A stretch of 64,000 bases of DNA from Candidatus Nitrospinota bacterium M3_3B_026 (GTDB lineage Bacteria; Nitrospinota_A; UBA7883; JBPRGF01), in contig JBPRGF010000017.1 of the NCBI GenBank assembly GCA_051418015.1, forward strand, positions 64,001-128,000, written 5' to 3'. A program made the position numbers and the translations under genes. Within the stretch, counting starts at the first letter, position 1; each line of letters begins with the position of its first letter. The notes beneath the pieces were generated by a model that did no database searches, was not told the origin of the DNA, and worked only from the letters and a program-made list of their open reading frames with translations. Below are positions 28,740 to 39,952 of this stretch, in pieces.

Positions 28740-29975
28740 ATGCTCATCAGGATGGCCTGGCGCAACCTCTGGAGAAACAAGAGGCGAGCGCTCATCACCG
28801 CCTTCAGCGTCGGCTTCGGCGTCTTCCTGGCCGTCACCTTCACCGCCTGGGCAGACTACGCCTACACGGAGATGATCGACGCATCCGCGCGCATGGGATA
28901 CGGCCACGTCACCGTCACGCCGGAGGGGTACAACGCCACCCCCACGCTGAAAAAGAGAATAGACGGCGCGCGGGAAATCAGGCGAAAAGCCCTCTCCATC
29001 CCCGGCGTGGAGGACGCCATGACAAGGATCATGGGTCAGGCCATGTTCGCAAGCGCCGTGAAAAGCGTCGGGGGCGTCTTCGTCGCCGTGGACCCGGCCC
29101 AGGAGGACCCGGAGATGAACCTGTTCATCCGCTCGCTGGTCAAGGGAGCCCTCTTCGAGGGGACGGACGGGCGCGAGATACTGGTGGGAACGAAGATGGC
29201 GGAGAAACTGAACCTGGATATTGGGAAGAAGGTCGTCTACACCGCCACGGACATCGACGGCGAGATCGTAAGCGAGGTGGCCTACGTCTCCGGGATCTTT
29301 GAGACAGGGGTGGACAGCGTCGACGGGGGGTTCGCCCTGCTGCCGATCGACAGGGCGCGCTCCATGCTGCGCTATGGGCCGGAGGAGGCCACCATGGTCT
29401 CCATCATCATCGAGGACCAGCGCTACGCCGGAGTCACGGCGGACAGACTGAGAAAAAAGGCGGGGGGCTCCGGTAAGGAGATACTCACATGGCGGGACAC
29501 CCAGGCGGACCTGGCGGCTTTCATAGCGATCGACAAGTCGTCGAACTACCTTTTCCAGTTCCTCGTGGGGCTGATGATCGCGGCGGGGATACTGAACACG
29601 ATCATGATGGCCGTGCTGGAGCGAAAGCGCGAGTTCGGCGTGATGCTGGCGGTGGGTATGTCGCCTTCGCGGCTTTTCGCGCTGGTGTTGACGGAATCTT
29701 TCTGGATCGGGATGCTGGGGCTTATACTGGGCGTCGTGATAACCGCGCCGTGGTACGCTTACGTCAGCGTGTACGGCATCGACCTTAGCGCGATATGGGA
29801 GGAGGACATAGACATCGGAGGCGTCCTGTTCGACCCGCTGATGAAGTTCCGGCTTTACAAGGAGAGCGTGATAGCCATCCTCTCCACCGTCTTCGGCCTG
29901 ACGCTCGTCGCCGGGCTTTACCCAGCGTGGAAGGCGGGGAGGGTCCCCCCGGTGGAGAGCCTGAAAACGATATGA
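28740..29975 (+). CDS. ABC permease, FtsX/MacB/LolE type
   Basis: AWRNLWRNKRR, ERKREFGVMLAVG. Confidence 0.9.
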   Translation: MLIRMAWRNLWRNKRRALITAFSVGFGVFLAVTFTAWADYAYTEMIDASARMGYGHVTVTPEGYNATPTLKKRIDGAREIRRKALSIPGVEDAMTRIMGQAMFASAVKSVGGVFVAVDPAQEDPEMNLFIRSLVKGALFEGTDGREILVGTKMAEKLNLDIGKKVVYTATDIDGEIVSEVAYVSGIFETGVDSVDGGFALLPIDRARSMLRYGPEEATMVSIIIEDQRYAGVTADRLRKKAGGSGKEILTWRDTQADLAAFIAIDKSSNYLFQFLVGLMIAAGILNTIMMAVLERKREFGVMLAVGMSPSRLFALVLTESFWIGMLGLILGVVITAPWYAYVSVYGIDLSAIWEEDIDIGGVLFDPLMKFRLYKESVIAILSTVFGLTLVAGLYPAWKAGRVPPVESLKTI

Positions 29976-29988
29976 GATTTTTGAGCCA

Positions 29989-30510
29989 ATGAGGAAATCG
30001 AACGTGATCGTATCAACTTTGATAATGGCGGCGCTCGCCATTGGGCTTGTCCTCTTCGGATACGCAAGGGGTCAGGGCCAGCACGTCGCGGGCCTTAAGA
30101 CTGGTCTTTACATGTTCATAGACATCCTGCCGCTGCTCATCTTCGCCTTCATGGTGGCGGGGATGGCGCAGGTCATCATCCCGAAAGAGATGATAGCGAA
30201 GCTGGTGGGGGAGGAGTCCGGCGTTAAAGGGATATTCATCGGCTCCGCCGCGGGCGCGCTCACCCCCGGCGGACCTTTCATAAGCTTCCCGATAGCCGCG
30301 GGGCTGCTGCGCGCCGGGGCCAGCGTGGGGCCGATCGTGGCCTTCGTCACGGGGTGGCTGATCCTGGCCGTCACGCGCATTCCGCTGGAGGTGGGGATGA
30401 TCGGATGGAAGTTCACGATCATACGCCTGGCCAGCTCATTTTTCATCCCGCCGCTGGCGGGGATCATCGCGCAGTCGGTTTTCGCGGGGCGTTTCACGGG
30501 GGAATGGTGA
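29989..30510 (+). CDS. Predicted permease (DUF318/ArsP-like)
   Basis: Hydrophobic; TPGGPFISFPIA motif. Confidence 0.75.
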   Translation: MRKSNVIVSTLIMAALAIGLVLFGYARGQGQHVAGLKTGLYMFIDILPLLIFAFMVAGMAQVIIPKEMIAKLVGEESGVKGIFIGSAAGALTPGGPFISFPIAAGLLRAGASVGPIVAFVTGWLILAVTRIPLEVGMIGWKFTIIRLASSFFIPPLAGIIAQSVFAGRFTGEW

Positions 30511-30511
30511 C

Positions 30512-31252
30512 ATGACCACGGACAACGGCCCCCAGGCGGACTGGCGGGACGAGGACATCGCCAAAACCTTTTTAAGCGAGGCTCGCGCCGCCATCCCCCT
30601 GGCCGAAGAGCAGATGCAGGCGATGCTGCTCCTTATAAAAAAAGCGCGGCCGAAGCTTGCGCGCTTTCTCGACCTCGGCTGCGGCGACGGGGCGCTGGGA
30701 AGGGTCATATTCTCCGCTTTCCCTGAAAGCCGCGGGCTGTTCGTCGATTTCTCGCCCCCTATGATCGAGGCGGCGAAAAAGGAGCTTGAAAAAGCGGGAT
30801 ACAACCACGAGGTCATCCATGGCGACCTCGCCGTCAAGGACTGGCTCGGCGCCGTCGAGGCCGAGGGACCCTTCGACGCCGTCGTCTCGGGCTTCGCCAT
30901 CCATCACTTAAGCCACGAGCGCAAGAGGGAGCTTTACGCGGAGATATTCGGCCTGCTGGCCCCCGGCGGGATATTTTTGAACATGGAGCACGTGGCGCCG
31001 GCCTCCCCCTGGCTGGAGGATCTTTTCGACGAGACTTTCGTAAACTCCACCTGGGAAATCCACAAAAGCCGGGGCGGACAAAAGACGAGGGAACAGATAG
31101 CCGAGGAATATTTCAGGCGGCAGGACAGGGAGTTGAACATACTCGCGCCGCTCAACGACCAACTCGAATGGCTCAGAAAGATCGGGTTCGAGAACGTGGA
31201 CTGTCACATGAAAATATACGAGCTGGCCCTCTTCGGCGGGACGCGGCCATGA
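30512..31252 (+). CDS. Class I SAM-dependent methyltransferase
   Basis: LDLGCGDG, FAIHHL, LAPGG. Confidence 0.9.
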   Translation: MTTDNGPQADWRDEDIAKTFLSEARAAIPLAEEQMQAMLLLIKKARPKLARFLDLGCGDGALGRVIFSAFPESRGLFVDFSPPMIEAAKKELEKAGYNHEVIHGDLAVKDWLGAVEAEGPFDAVVSGFAIHHLSHERKRELYAEIFGLLAPGGIFLNMEHVAPASPWLEDLFDETFVNSTWEIHKSRGGQKTREQIAEEYFRRQDRELNILAPLNDQLEWLRKIGFENVDCHMKIYELALFGGTRP

Positions 31253-31259
31253 CGGGACG

Positions 31260-31763
31260 ATGATAAGAAAACTCGGCGCGGATGATTTCCCCTACATCCT
31301 GGCGGTGATAAACGACGCCGCCCAAGCCTACCGGGGCGTGATCCACCCCGGCCTGTGGAGCGAGCCTTACATGTCCGAGGATTACCTTAAAAGCGAGATG
31401 CGCGGCGGCGTCGAGTTCTGGGGATACGAGGCCGCCGGGGAGCTGATCGCCGTCATGGGCGCCCAGGACAAGGGGGACGTCACCCTCATCCGCCACGCCT
31501 ACACCAGGACCGAGGACAGGCGCCGCGGCGTCGGCTCCATCCTCTTAAATCGCCTAATGGAGACGACCGGAAAGCCGATCCTCATAGGGACATACCGCGA
31601 CGCCCCCTGGGCCATATACTTCTACGAGAGACACGGCTTCAGGCTCATCGACGGGCCGGAAAAAGACAGGCTCCTTCGAAAATACTGGGACCTGCCCGGC
31701 CGGCAGGTGGAGACTTCCATCGTCATGGCGGACGAGAGGTGGTTTGAAAGACGCGAAGGGTAA
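31260..31763 (+). CDS. GNAT acetyltransferase
   Basis: RRRGVGS acetyl-CoA motif, FYERHGF. Confidence 0.88.
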   Translation: MIRKLGADDFPYILAVINDAAQAYRGVIHPGLWSEPYMSEDYLKSEMRGGVEFWGYEAAGELIAVMGAQDKGDVTLIRHAYTRTEDRRRGVGSILLNRLMETTGKPILIGTYRDAPWAIYFYERHGFRLIDGPEKDRLLRKYWDLPGRQVETSIVMADERWFERREG

Positions 31764-31770
31764 CCGCTTC

Positions 31771-32466
31771 ATGAACAACTCCCCCATAGTCCACCTCGAC
31801 GCGGTCTCGAAGATATACGAGCAGGGGCAGGTATCCGTCACCGCCGTGGACGATGTGACGCTCGACATAAAAAGAGGCGAGTTCACCGCCCTCGTCGGCC
31901 CGTCGGGCTCGGGCAAGACGACGCTGCTCAACCTCATCGGCGCGCTGGACGAACCGACGAGCGGCAAAGTCTATCTCGAGGGCAGCGACCTTTCCGGCCT
32001 GTCCCGCCATCGCCTCTCCCGGCTGCGGCGCGACAGGATCGGGTTCGTCTTCCAGGCCTACAACCTCGTCCCCACGCTGTCGGCCTACGAGAACGCGGAG
32101 TTCGTCCTCGCCCTGCAGGGCGTCCAGAAAAAGGAGCGGAGGGAGCGCGTGACGAAGATTCTCGATGAGGTGGGCCTTTCGGGGCTTGAAAACAGGCGGC
32201 CAGCCGAGCTTTCCGGCGGCCAGCAGCAGCGCGTCGCCATCGCCCGCTCCATCGTCCACGAGCCGGCCATCGTTCTCGCCGACGAGCCGACGGCCAACGT
32301 CGACTCCGCCACTGCCGAGGCCCTGCTGGGCCTGATGGAAAAACTCAACGAGGAGGAGAGCGTCACCTTCCTTTTCTCCACCCACGACCAAAGGGTGATG
32401 GACCGCGCCCATAGGATTCTGAGAATGCGCGACGGGGCCATAGAATCCGACGACCGGCGGGGGTGA
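31771..32466 (+). CDS. ABC ATPase (LolD/MacB-like)
   Basis: GPSGSGKT, LSGGQQQRVAIAR, ADEPT, THD. Confidence 0.92.
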   Translation: MNNSPIVHLDAVSKIYEQGQVSVTAVDDVTLDIKRGEFTALVGPSGSGKTTLLNLIGALDEPTSGKVYLEGSDLSGLSRHRLSRLRRDRIGFVFQAYNLVPTLSAYENAEFVLALQGVQKKERRERVTKILDEVGLSGLENRRPAELSGGQQQRVAIARSIVHEPAIVLADEPTANVDSATAEALLGLMEKLNEEESVTFLFSTHDQRVMDRAHRILRMRDGAIESDDRRG

Positions 32467-32470
32467 TCCG

Positions 32471-33682
32471 ATGACAGCGCGTTTTCTGGCCGCCGCGCTT
32501 ATCCTCGCCGCCCTCCCCTCCCCCGCGGCGGCGTTCTACGACTCCGAATCGGGCGCCGTCGAGGCGCGCGCCCTCGTCCGCGCCTTAAGCTGGTTTACGA
32601 AAAACCCCGGCGGATCACTGTACGAGAACGCCACCGATCAGGGCGGCGCGGCCCTTGGCAGGCTGATGGTGGACGCGCGGCCCGCGAAATCTTTTACGCT
32701 CGAACTCAACGCCTACCAGCTGGCCAACGTCTCCACGTCCAGGGCGCAGGCGCGCGCCGGGGGTTTTGCCATTCGCGACGTGGAGAGAAGCTCCGCCCTG
32801 GAGTGGCGCCAGCGCGGCGAGACCACCCATGAGGCCCTGGCCGCCATAGACCGCCTGAACCTGAGGATCACCTCCGGCAGGCTGGACTTCATCGCCGGGA
32901 GGCAGGCCATAAACCTCGCCACATGCTACTACTTCACCCCGAACGATTTCTTCGCCCCCTTTGCCGCCCAGACCTTCTACCGCATCTACAAGCCCGGCGT
33001 GGACGCTGCGAGGCTGGAAGCGCGGCTCGGCCCACTCACACAGGTGACGCTGATCGCCGCTCTCGGATACAGCCCCGAAGATTCCAGTCCGAACGGGTGG
33101 AGCGGAGAGGCGGACTGGGGCAGGACATCGTACATCGCCCGCGTCTCCACGGTCTTTTTCGATTTCGACTGGGCGCTGATAGGCGGAAAGGCGCGTGACG
33201 GCGACGTCGCGGGCGGCGCCGTCCAGGGGGAGCTTTTCTGGAAAACGGGGCTGAGGGTGGAGGGAAATTACATGGAGCAGGAGAACGGCGGCCCCGTCTC
33301 CAGGGTCTCCGCCCAGCTGGAGAAAAGGTTCGAAAGCTCGCTTATCCTCCGGGTGGAGGGTTTTTACAACAGCGCAGGCGCGGAAGCAGCGGCGGAGTAC
33401 ACGGAGCGCCCCGAAGAGCTCTATCCCGCCAAATGGTACAGCGCCGCCGGTTTAAGCTACGAGTTCAACCCGCTTTTGCGCGGGGAGGCGCTGGCGCTTT
33501 TCAACCATGTAGACGGCTCGAGGCTGCTCTCCTTCTACACGTCCCATTCCGTCTCCGACGAGACGGAGGTTTCCATGGGGCTTTACATACCCTTCGGCGG
33601 CGAGCCGGGGCCCCTCACGGCGGGAAGCGAGTTCGGGTCGTATCCTGCGAGCTTTACATTCGAGATAAGGTCGGTTTTTTGA
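32471..33682 (+). CDS. Putative outer-membrane beta-barrel protein
   Basis: Signal peptide, GRQAI, KPGVDA, C-terminal Phe; last gene of the LolA-like/ABC operon. Confidence 0.7.
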   Translation: MTARFLAAALILAALPSPAAAFYDSESGAVEARALVRALSWFTKNPGGSLYENATDQGGAALGRLMVDARPAKSFTLELNAYQLANVSTSRAQARAGGFAIRDVERSSALEWRQRGETTHEALAAIDRLNLRITSGRLDFIAGRQAINLATCYYFTPNDFFAPFAAQTFYRIYKPGVDAARLEARLGPLTQVTLIAALGYSPEDSSPNGWSGEADWGRTSYIARVSTVFFDFDWALIGGKARDGDVAGGAVQGELFWKTGLRVEGNYMEQENGGPVSRVSAQLEKRFESSLILRVEGFYNSAGAEAAAEYTERPEELYPAKWYSAAGLSYEFNPLLRGEALALFNHVDGSRLLSFYTSHSVSDETEVSMGLYIPFGGEPGPLTAGSEFGSYPASFTFEIRSVF

Positions 33683-33763
33683 GGTCAAGCCGCAGGGCGG
33701 CGCGGCCGAATATTATAAGGAAGCAGGAAGACGGGCCGCCGGGCCCAGGACAGCGATGATAGC

Positions 33764-34912
33764 GTGAAGGACACACTGACCACCAAGGACGAGCTTGTCC
33801 GGAAAGGCATTTTTGATGGCGGCAGGGCCCGTACCGGGCCTTACGGCCTGCAGGTCGGGATCACCGCCTATTGCAACTTAAGCTGCGTCTTCTGCGCCCC
33901 TTTCAGCTACCGCAGGCCCGGCGGACGGCGGCCCAGCCACAAAAACCTCTTGAAGCTCGACCCCGGCAGGTTCCACGGCCTTGTGGACGACGCCGCGGAG
34001 CTTGATGTGGAGCAGATATCCATAGTTGGCGTGGGTGAGCCATTCTTGCACCCGGACATCATGTCCTTCATCCGCAGGGTCAAGGAGCGCGGCATTCGGC
34101 TGATGGTTACGACCAACGGCTCGCTTCTTTCCAGGCGGAGGGTGGACGAGATCGTGGAGGGGAAGCTCGACATCATCAATGTATCGCTCAACGCCGCTTC
34201 CGCCCAGACCCATGCCAAGGTCAGCGGCGCGCGGGGCGATGGCGGCTTCGATACGATCATGGAGAGCCTTTCGCGCCTGCATGAACGGAAAAAAGGGCAC
34301 GGCCTTGAAAAACCGCGCCTTGCTTTGCGCATGGTGCTCACCAGGCTCAACGTCCATGAGGTTGAAAGCTTTGTGGAGACAGCGGCAAAGGTGGGCGCGG
34401 ACGAGCTTTTTTTCCAGAACTACGTCGCTCCCCATTTCGCCCGCGACATAGCCCTGGACCCCGGCGAGAAAAAAACCGCCGCCGAAACGCTGGCGCGGAT
34501 TGAAGAAAAAATCGCAGGCTACGGGATAAAATCGAACCTGGAAAGCGTTATCTCCCGGTACACAAGCGAAAACGGCGGCGGGGAGGCGAAAACCTATATG
34601 GGTTACGTGGTGGACGACAGGTTCCACGAAAAATATCCCTGCTACACTGGCTGGACCTACGCGATGGCGCTCGCCAACGGCTCCGTCATGCCCTGCTGCT
34701 ATTGCTCCAGCCCTATGGGAAACCTTTACGAGAAGTCTTTTAAGGAGATATGGCTGGGCGAAAGATACAACGCCTTCCGCGCCGCCGCGATCCGGCTGCC
34801 CGGCAGGCGCGAAAGCCCGGAAGGCTGCGCCTGTTTCAACAGTTGCGGCGCCATCCCGGACAACATCCGCCTCATCGAAGGGCTCGGCCTGAACAGCGCT
34901 GGCGGCGGGTGA
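33764..34912 (+). CDS. Radical SAM/SPASM-twitch protein
   Basis: CNLSCVFC, GEPFLHP, TTNG, CYTGW...MPCC, CACFNSC. Confidence 0.88.
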   Translation: MKDTLTTKDELVRKGIFDGGRARTGPYGLQVGITAYCNLSCVFCAPFSYRRPGGRRPSHKNLLKLDPGRFHGLVDDAAELDVEQISIVGVGEPFLHPDIMSFIRRVKERGIRLMVTTNGSLLSRRRVDEIVEGKLDIINVSLNAASAQTHAKVSGARGDGGFDTIMESLSRLHERKKGHGLEKPRLALRMVLTRLNVHEVESFVETAAKVGADELFFQNYVAPHFARDIALDPGEKKTAAETLARIEEKIAGYGIKSNLESVISRYTSENGGGEAKTYMGYVVDDRFHEKYPCYTGWTYAMALANGSVMPCCYCSSPMGNLYEKSFKEIWLGERYNAFRAAAIRLPGRRESPEGCACFNSCGAIPDNIRLIEGLGLNSAGGG

Positions 34913-35128
34913 TAAACAGCAAAACAGCCAAAGCCGCGCGCCATGGAAAATTCCCACCACGCTGAAATCATTCCCGCCGCCCGTGATCTAAAACAGGCTG
35001 GATGACCTTCAAGTCTCAGCGGGAGCGTGGCGGTTGCGATTGACTCCCGGATCGGGCTTGTGTTATAAGGATTCCTTCCTGATGAGGGGTACCCAAGGCG
35101 AAGCTTTGCCCTATAGAGGATAATTTAT

Positions 35129-36295
35129 ATGAAAATCCACGAGTACCAGGCGAAGGAAATCCTTCAAAAATTTGGTGTTCCAACGCCAAAAGGGGCGATA
35201 TTGACGAACGCCCAGGAACTCAAGAATATCGTTGACGAGCTTGGCCTGCCCGTGGTGGTCAAGGCGCAGATACACGCCGGCGGCCGGGGCAAGGCCGGCG
35301 GCGTCAAGGTCGCCAAAACCTTCGACGAGGCCCAGGAGGCCGTGAAAAGCATCCTCGGCGAGACGCTGGTGACCCACCAGACGGGCCCCGAGGGGCGTAT
35401 CGTCCACACCCTGCTTATTGAGGAGGGGATGGACATCGCCCGGGAGCTTTACGTCGGGATAGTGGTGGACCGCGAGAAGTCCCACCCCTGCGTGATGGTC
35501 TCCGAGGAGGGGGGTGTCGAGATCGAGGAGGTGGCGGCCCGGACGCCCGAAAGGATCATGAAAGAGTGGGTGGATCCCTCCCTTGGGCTGATGCCCGCCC
35601 AGGCGCGCAAGCTGGCCTTCTTTTTGAACCTTCCCCCGGAGGCTTTCAAGGAGGCGGTGAAATTCATTATGGGCCTCTATAAAGCCTTCGAGGCCAGGGA
35701 CTGCTCCATGGCGGAGATCAACCCTCTCGTCGTCACCGGCGACAACCGTGTCCTCGCCCTCGACTGCAAGATGACCTTCGACGACAATGCCCTGTTCCGC
35801 CAGCGGGACGTGGTGGAAATGCGCGACCTGAACGAGGAGGACGAGCTGGAGATAGAGGCCAGCAAGTACGACCTGAACTACATCAAGCTCGACGGGAACA
35901 TAGGCTGCATGGTCAACGGCGCGGGGCTTGCCATGGCCACCATGGACATAATCAAGCTCGCGGGCGGCGAGCCGGCGAATTTCCTGGACGTCGGCGGCGG
36001 CGCCTCCGAGGAGCAGATAGAAAACGCGTTCAAGATCATCCTCGCCGACAAGAACGTCAAGGGGATATTCATCAATATATTCGGCGGTATCCTGCGCTGC
36101 GACCGGCTGGCCACGGGCGTGGTCAACGCCGCGAAAAAGACGAGCGTCTCCGTCCCGGTGGTGATCCGCATGGAGGGGACAAACGTCGAGGAAGGCGCGA
36201 AGATACTCGAGGAAAGCGGTTTGAACTTCATCGTGGCCGAGGGGATGCGCGACGGCGCCGAGAAGGCCGTCGCCGCCATCAAGGCCGCGGTCTGA
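35129..36295 (+). CDS. sucC: Succinyl-CoA ligase beta subunit
   Basis: [35 protein letters not shown]. Confidence 0.96.
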   Translation: MKIHEYQAKEILQKFGVPTPKGAILTNAQELKNIVDELGLPVVVKAQIHAGGRGKAGGVKVAKTFDEAQEAVKSILGETLVTHQTGPEGRIVHTLLIEEGMDIARELYVGIVVDREKSHPCVMVSEEGGVEIEEVAARTPERIMKEWVDPSLGLMPAQARKLAFFLNLPPEAFKEAVKFIMGLYKAFEARDCSMAEINPLVVTGDNRVLALDCKMTFDDNALFRQRDVVEMRDLNEEDELEIEASKYDLNYIKLDGNIGCMVNGAGLAMATMDIIKLAGGEPANFLDVGGGASEEQIENAFKIILADKNVKGIFINIFGGILRCDRLATGVVNAAKKTSVSVPVVIRMEGTNVEEGAKILEESGLNFIVAEGMRDGAEKAVAAIKAAV

Positions 36296-36315
36296 CTATA
36301 GGGGGCCATACACGT

Positions 36316-37185
36316 ATGAGCGTTCTGGTAGACGAAAACACGAAACTCCTCGTGCAGGGGATCACCGGCAAAGAGGGCTCCTTCCACGCCGCGGGATGCA
36401 AGGCCTACGGCGCCAACGTCGTGGCGGGCGTCACCCCCGGCAAGGAGGGACAGGAAGTGGACGGCGTTCCGGTGTTCAACACCGTCCAGGGCGCCGTGGA
36501 CGCCACCGGGGCCAACGCGACGATGATATTCGTCCCTCCCCCCTTCGCCGCGGACGCCATATTCGAGGCCGCCGAGGCGGGGATAGACCTGATCGTCTGC
36601 ATCACCGAGGGGATCCCGGTGTTCGACATGATAAAGATAAAAAACTACCTGAAGGACAAGAAAAGCCGCCTCATAGGCCCCAACTGCCCGGGCGTGATAA
36701 CCCCGGACGTGGCCAAGATAGGTATCATGCCGGGCCACATCCACACCGCCGGGCCGGTGGGGGTGGTCTCCCGCTCGGGGACGCTGACCTACGAGGTGGT
36801 GGGCCAGCTGACAAGCCTCGGCATCGGCCAGTCCACATGCGTCGGGATCGGCGGCGACCCGGTCAACGGCACGAGTTTCATAGACGTCATCGAGCTTTTC
36901 AACGACGATCCGCGGACCGAGGCGATCGTCATGATAGGCGAGATCGGCGGCTCGGCCGAGGAGGAAGCGGCCAGGTACATAAAAGACAACGTCAAAAAAC
37001 CCGTGGTCGGCTTCATCGCGGGTCAGACGGCCCCTCCCGGCAGGAGAATGGGCCACGCCGGGGCCATAATCGCAGGCGGAAAGGGAACCGCCGACGAGAA
37101 GATGAAGGTCATGAACGAGTTTGGCGTCACAGTTGTGAAGTCGCCGGCCGACATGGGCGAGACGGTCAAGAAAGTTATGAGCTGA
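36316..37185 (+). CDS. sucD: Succinyl-CoA ligase alpha subunit
   Basis: [21 protein letters not shown]. Confidence 0.96.
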   Translation: MSVLVDENTKLLVQGITGKEGSFHAAGCKAYGANVVAGVTPGKEGQEVDGVPVFNTVQGAVDATGANATMIFVPPPFAADAIFEAAEAGIDLIVCITEGIPVFDMIKIKNYLKDKKSRLIGPNCPGVITPDVAKIGIMPGHIHTAGPVGVVSRSGTLTYEVVGQLTSLGIGQSTCVGIGGDPVNGTSFIDVIELFNDDPRTEAIVMIGEIGGSAEEEAARYIKDNVKKPVVGFIAGQTAPPGRRMGHAGAIIAGGKGTADEKMKVMNEFGVTVVKSPADMGETVKKVMS

Positions 37186-37265
37186 CGGCGCCTTCCCGGT
37201 CTCCGGGCGGCGTTTGCTTTCTATAGGACGGGGGCAGAAGGTTCCATTGTGAAAGGTATCGAAAA

Positions 37266-39002
37266 GTGGCGAAAAACAACGACCTGATAATAAGATTCGG
37301 AGGCGAGGGAGGCGAGGGCATCATCTCCTCGGGAGACATGGTCGCCCAGGCCGCCGTTCGCTCCGGCCTGGAGGTTCTCACCTTCAAGACGTTTCCGGCC
37401 GAGATCAAGGGCGGTTACGCCATGTACCAGATCCGCTTCTCGAGCGAGACTATCTTGTCCGAGGGCAGCGGGTTTGACGTCCTTTGCGTTTTCAACCAGG
37501 AGGCGCTGGACGCAAACAGAAAACTCCTGACGGAAGGAACGGTCCTGGTCTACGACTACCCGGGCGGAGACATCGCCGAGGAGCAGAACATACCCGGCGT
37601 CACCTGCTACCCGGTCCCCATGAGCAAGACCGCCAAGGAGGACCTGGGGACTTACCGGTCGAAGAACATGGTCGCTCTCGGCGCCGTGGCGGAGCTTTTT
37701 TCCATATCCATGGACTCCATCCGCGACACCATCAAGGGCAAGTTCGGCAAGAAGGGCCAGGAGGTCGTGGACGTGAACTTCAAGGCCCTCGACGCGGGGC
37801 GCGACCATGTCCGGAACAACCTGAAGAAGACAGACCCCTACAGCATGAGTCCCGGCAAGCCGAAAGAGAACACCATAATCCTCTCCGGCAACGAGGCCGT
37901 GGGCCTGGGGGCTCTGCTGGCGGGCGTGCGGTATTTTTCCGCGTACCCGATAACCCCCGCCACGGAGGTCGCCATATACCTGTCGCGGCATCTTCCGAAG
38001 TTCAACGGCGACCTGGTTCAGGCGGAGGACGAGATAGCCTCCCTGGCTAACGTCATCGGCGCCTCTTACGGCGGCAAGAAATCGATGACGTCCACATCGG
38101 GGCCGGGCCTGTCGCTCATGCAGGAGCTTATAGGCATGGCCTCGATGATGGAGGTTCCGCTGGTGATCGTGGACGTACAGCGCGGCGGCCCCTCCACGGG
38201 CCTGCCGACCAAGCACGAGCAGTCGGACCTTTTCCTGGCGGCGCACGGCTGCCACGGCGACGCATCCAAGGTGGTCATAAGCCCCGAGGGAGTGGAGGAC
38301 TGCGTATACCTCACCGTCGAAGCCTTCAACGTAGCGGAGAAATACCAGGTCCCCGTCCTTGTCCTCTCCGACGGCTCGCTGGGCTTCAGGACAAGCTCCA
38401 TGAGCAAGCCCGACCCGGCGAAGATAAAGGTCGTGGACAGGGAGCTTTACCAGCCCGGCGGCAACGGTGACGAGCCGTTCCTGAGGTACAAGCTGACGGA
38501 GTCGGGCGTGTCGGCAATGTCCGTCCCCGGCCAGCCCGGCGGGGAGTATATCTCCACCGGCCTCGAGCACGCGGAGACCTCCGCGCCGCGCTACACGCCG
38601 GAGAATCACACGGCGATGCTGGACAAAAGGTTCCATAAGCTCGACGACATCGAGGACCACTTCCCGCCGACGGAGGCCGACGAGCAGGAGGGCGCGGAGC
38701 TGGGCGTCATCGCCTGGGGGTCCACCATCGGCATCGCCCGCGAGGCGATCCGAGACTCCAGGGCGGCGGGGCTCAAGGTCTCCGGCCTTTACCCGAAGCT
38801 CGTGTGGCCGCTGCCCAAAAAGGCGCTGGCCGACTTCGCCGCCAAGCACAAGAAGATACTGATACCCGAGGTGAACAAGCAGGGCCAGCTGGCGAAGATT
38901 ATCGCCTCGGAAACAGACATCGACCCCATCAGCCACACCATCTACGGCGGGTTGCCTTTCACCCCGGCGATGCTGGCCGAGAAGATAAAGGAGGTGATCT
39001 AA
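37266..39002 (+). CDS. korA: 2-oxoacid:ferredoxin oxidoreductase alpha subunit (gamma-alpha fusion)
   Basis: GEGGEG, YPITPAT, EDEIA, QRGGPSTGLPT. Substrate inferred from sucCD adjacency. Confidence 0.9.
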   Translation: MAKNNDLIIRFGGEGGEGIISSGDMVAQAAVRSGLEVLTFKTFPAEIKGGYAMYQIRFSSETILSEGSGFDVLCVFNQEALDANRKLLTEGTVLVYDYPGGDIAEEQNIPGVTCYPVPMSKTAKEDLGTYRSKNMVALGAVAELFSISMDSIRDTIKGKFGKKGQEVVDVNFKALDAGRDHVRNNLKKTDPYSMSPGKPKENTIILSGNEAVGLGALLAGVRYFSAYPITPATEVAIYLSRHLPKFNGDLVQAEDEIASLANVIGASYGGKKSMTSTSGPGLSLMQELIGMASMMEVPLVIVDVQRGGPSTGLPTKHEQSDLFLAAHGCHGDASKVVISPEGVEDCVYLTVEAFNVAEKYQVPVLVLSDGSLGFRTSSMSKPDPAKIKVVDRELYQPGGNGDEPFLRYKLTESGVSAMSVPGQPGGEYISTGLEHAETSAPRYTPENHTAMLDKRFHKLDDIEDHFPPTEADEQEGAELGVIAWGSTIGIAREAIRDSRAAGLKVSGLYPKLVWPLPKKALADFAAKHKKILIPEVNKQGQLAKIIASETDIDPISHTIYGGLPFTPAMLAEKIKEVI

Positions 39003-39871
39003 TGACCACGGCTACGGCTCCGATGAAAGCGAAGGATTACAAAAGCGTCGTCCCGCCGACCTGGTGCCCGGGCTGCGGCGATTACGGCGTTCTAAACGCT
39101 GTCCTCAAGGCGTTCGCCGATCTCAAGATAGATATCGACAAAACCGTGCTGGTCTCCGGCATCGGCTGTTCGTCGCGGTTCCCTTATTTCGTGAAGACAT
39201 ACGGTATGCACACCGCGCACGGCCGCGCCCTGCCCGTGGCGGCGGGCGTCAAGATGGCCAGGCCGGACCTGGAGGTCATCTGCTTCGGCGGCGATGGCGA
39301 CGGGTTCTCCATCGGCGGCGGGCACGTGCCCCACGTGGCGCGCAAAAACACGGATATCACCTACGTGTTGATGGACAACTCCATCTACGGGCTGACCAAG
39401 GGACAGGTCTCACCGACCAGCCAGACGGGGATGGTGACCACCACCACCCCCTACGGCGCGCCGGACATGCCGGTGAACCCGCTGGCTTTCTGCCTGACAT
39501 ACGGGGCCACCTTTGTCGCGCAGGCCTACAGCTCCAAGCCCAAGGTGGTGCAGAATCTCGTGACCAGGGCGATTCAGCACAAGGGGTTCTCGTTCGTCAA
39601 CATCATCAGCCCCTGCCCCACCTTCAACAAGATCAACACTTTCGACTTTTACAAGGAGAAGGTCTACGATCTGCCGGAGGATCACGACACAAGCGACCTG
39701 GCGGCGGCGATAAAGATCGCCCTCACGGCCAAGGAGGGGAAGGTGCCCACAGGGCTTTTCTACCAGGTGGAGCGGCCCACGCTGGTCGACCGTCTGATGG
39801 AAATACGCGGGAAAGCCGAGGGATCGGACGACTATGACGTCAACAAGATCATAGACCTGCACAGGCCGTAA
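39002..39871 (+). CDS. korB: 2-oxoacid:ferredoxin oxidoreductase beta subunit
   Basis: WCPGCG, SGIGCS, GGDGD, YGLTKGQ. TAATG overlap gives the start at 39002. Confidence 0.9.
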   Translation: MTTATAPMKAKDYKSVVPPTWCPGCGDYGVLNAVLKAFADLKIDIDKTVLVSGIGCSSRFPYFVKTYGMHTAHGRALPVAAGVKMARPDLEVICFGGDGDGFSIGGGHVPHVARKNTDITYVLMDNSIYGLTKGQVSPTSQTGMVTTTTPYGAPDMPVNPLAFCLTYGATFVAQAYSSKPKVVQNLVTRAIQHKGFSFVNIISPCPTFNKINTFDFYKEKVYDLPEDHDTSDLAAAIKIALTAKEGKVPTGLFYQVERPTLVDRLMEIRGKAEGSDDYDVNKIIDLHRP

Positions 39872-39890
39872 ACCGGAACCATACACACCC

Positions 39891-39933
39891 GGCGCCGGAG
39901 GGGACAAGCGAAAGGACTCCGGCGCCTTTTTTT
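39891..39933 (+). terminator. Intrinsic terminator-like hairpin between korB and ndk
   Basis: GGCGCCGGAG-N16-CTCCGGCGCC-T7. Confidence 0.7.
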
Positions 39934-39952
39934 GTAACGGAGGATGAACGAA

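Noticed and set aside
34953..35033. Partial stem (CCACGCT/AGCGTGG) upstream of sucC as a riboswitch or sRNA
   Set aside because: No known aptamer motif, and it lies upstream of the likely promoter (TTGACT-N18-TATAAG at about 35040-35069).
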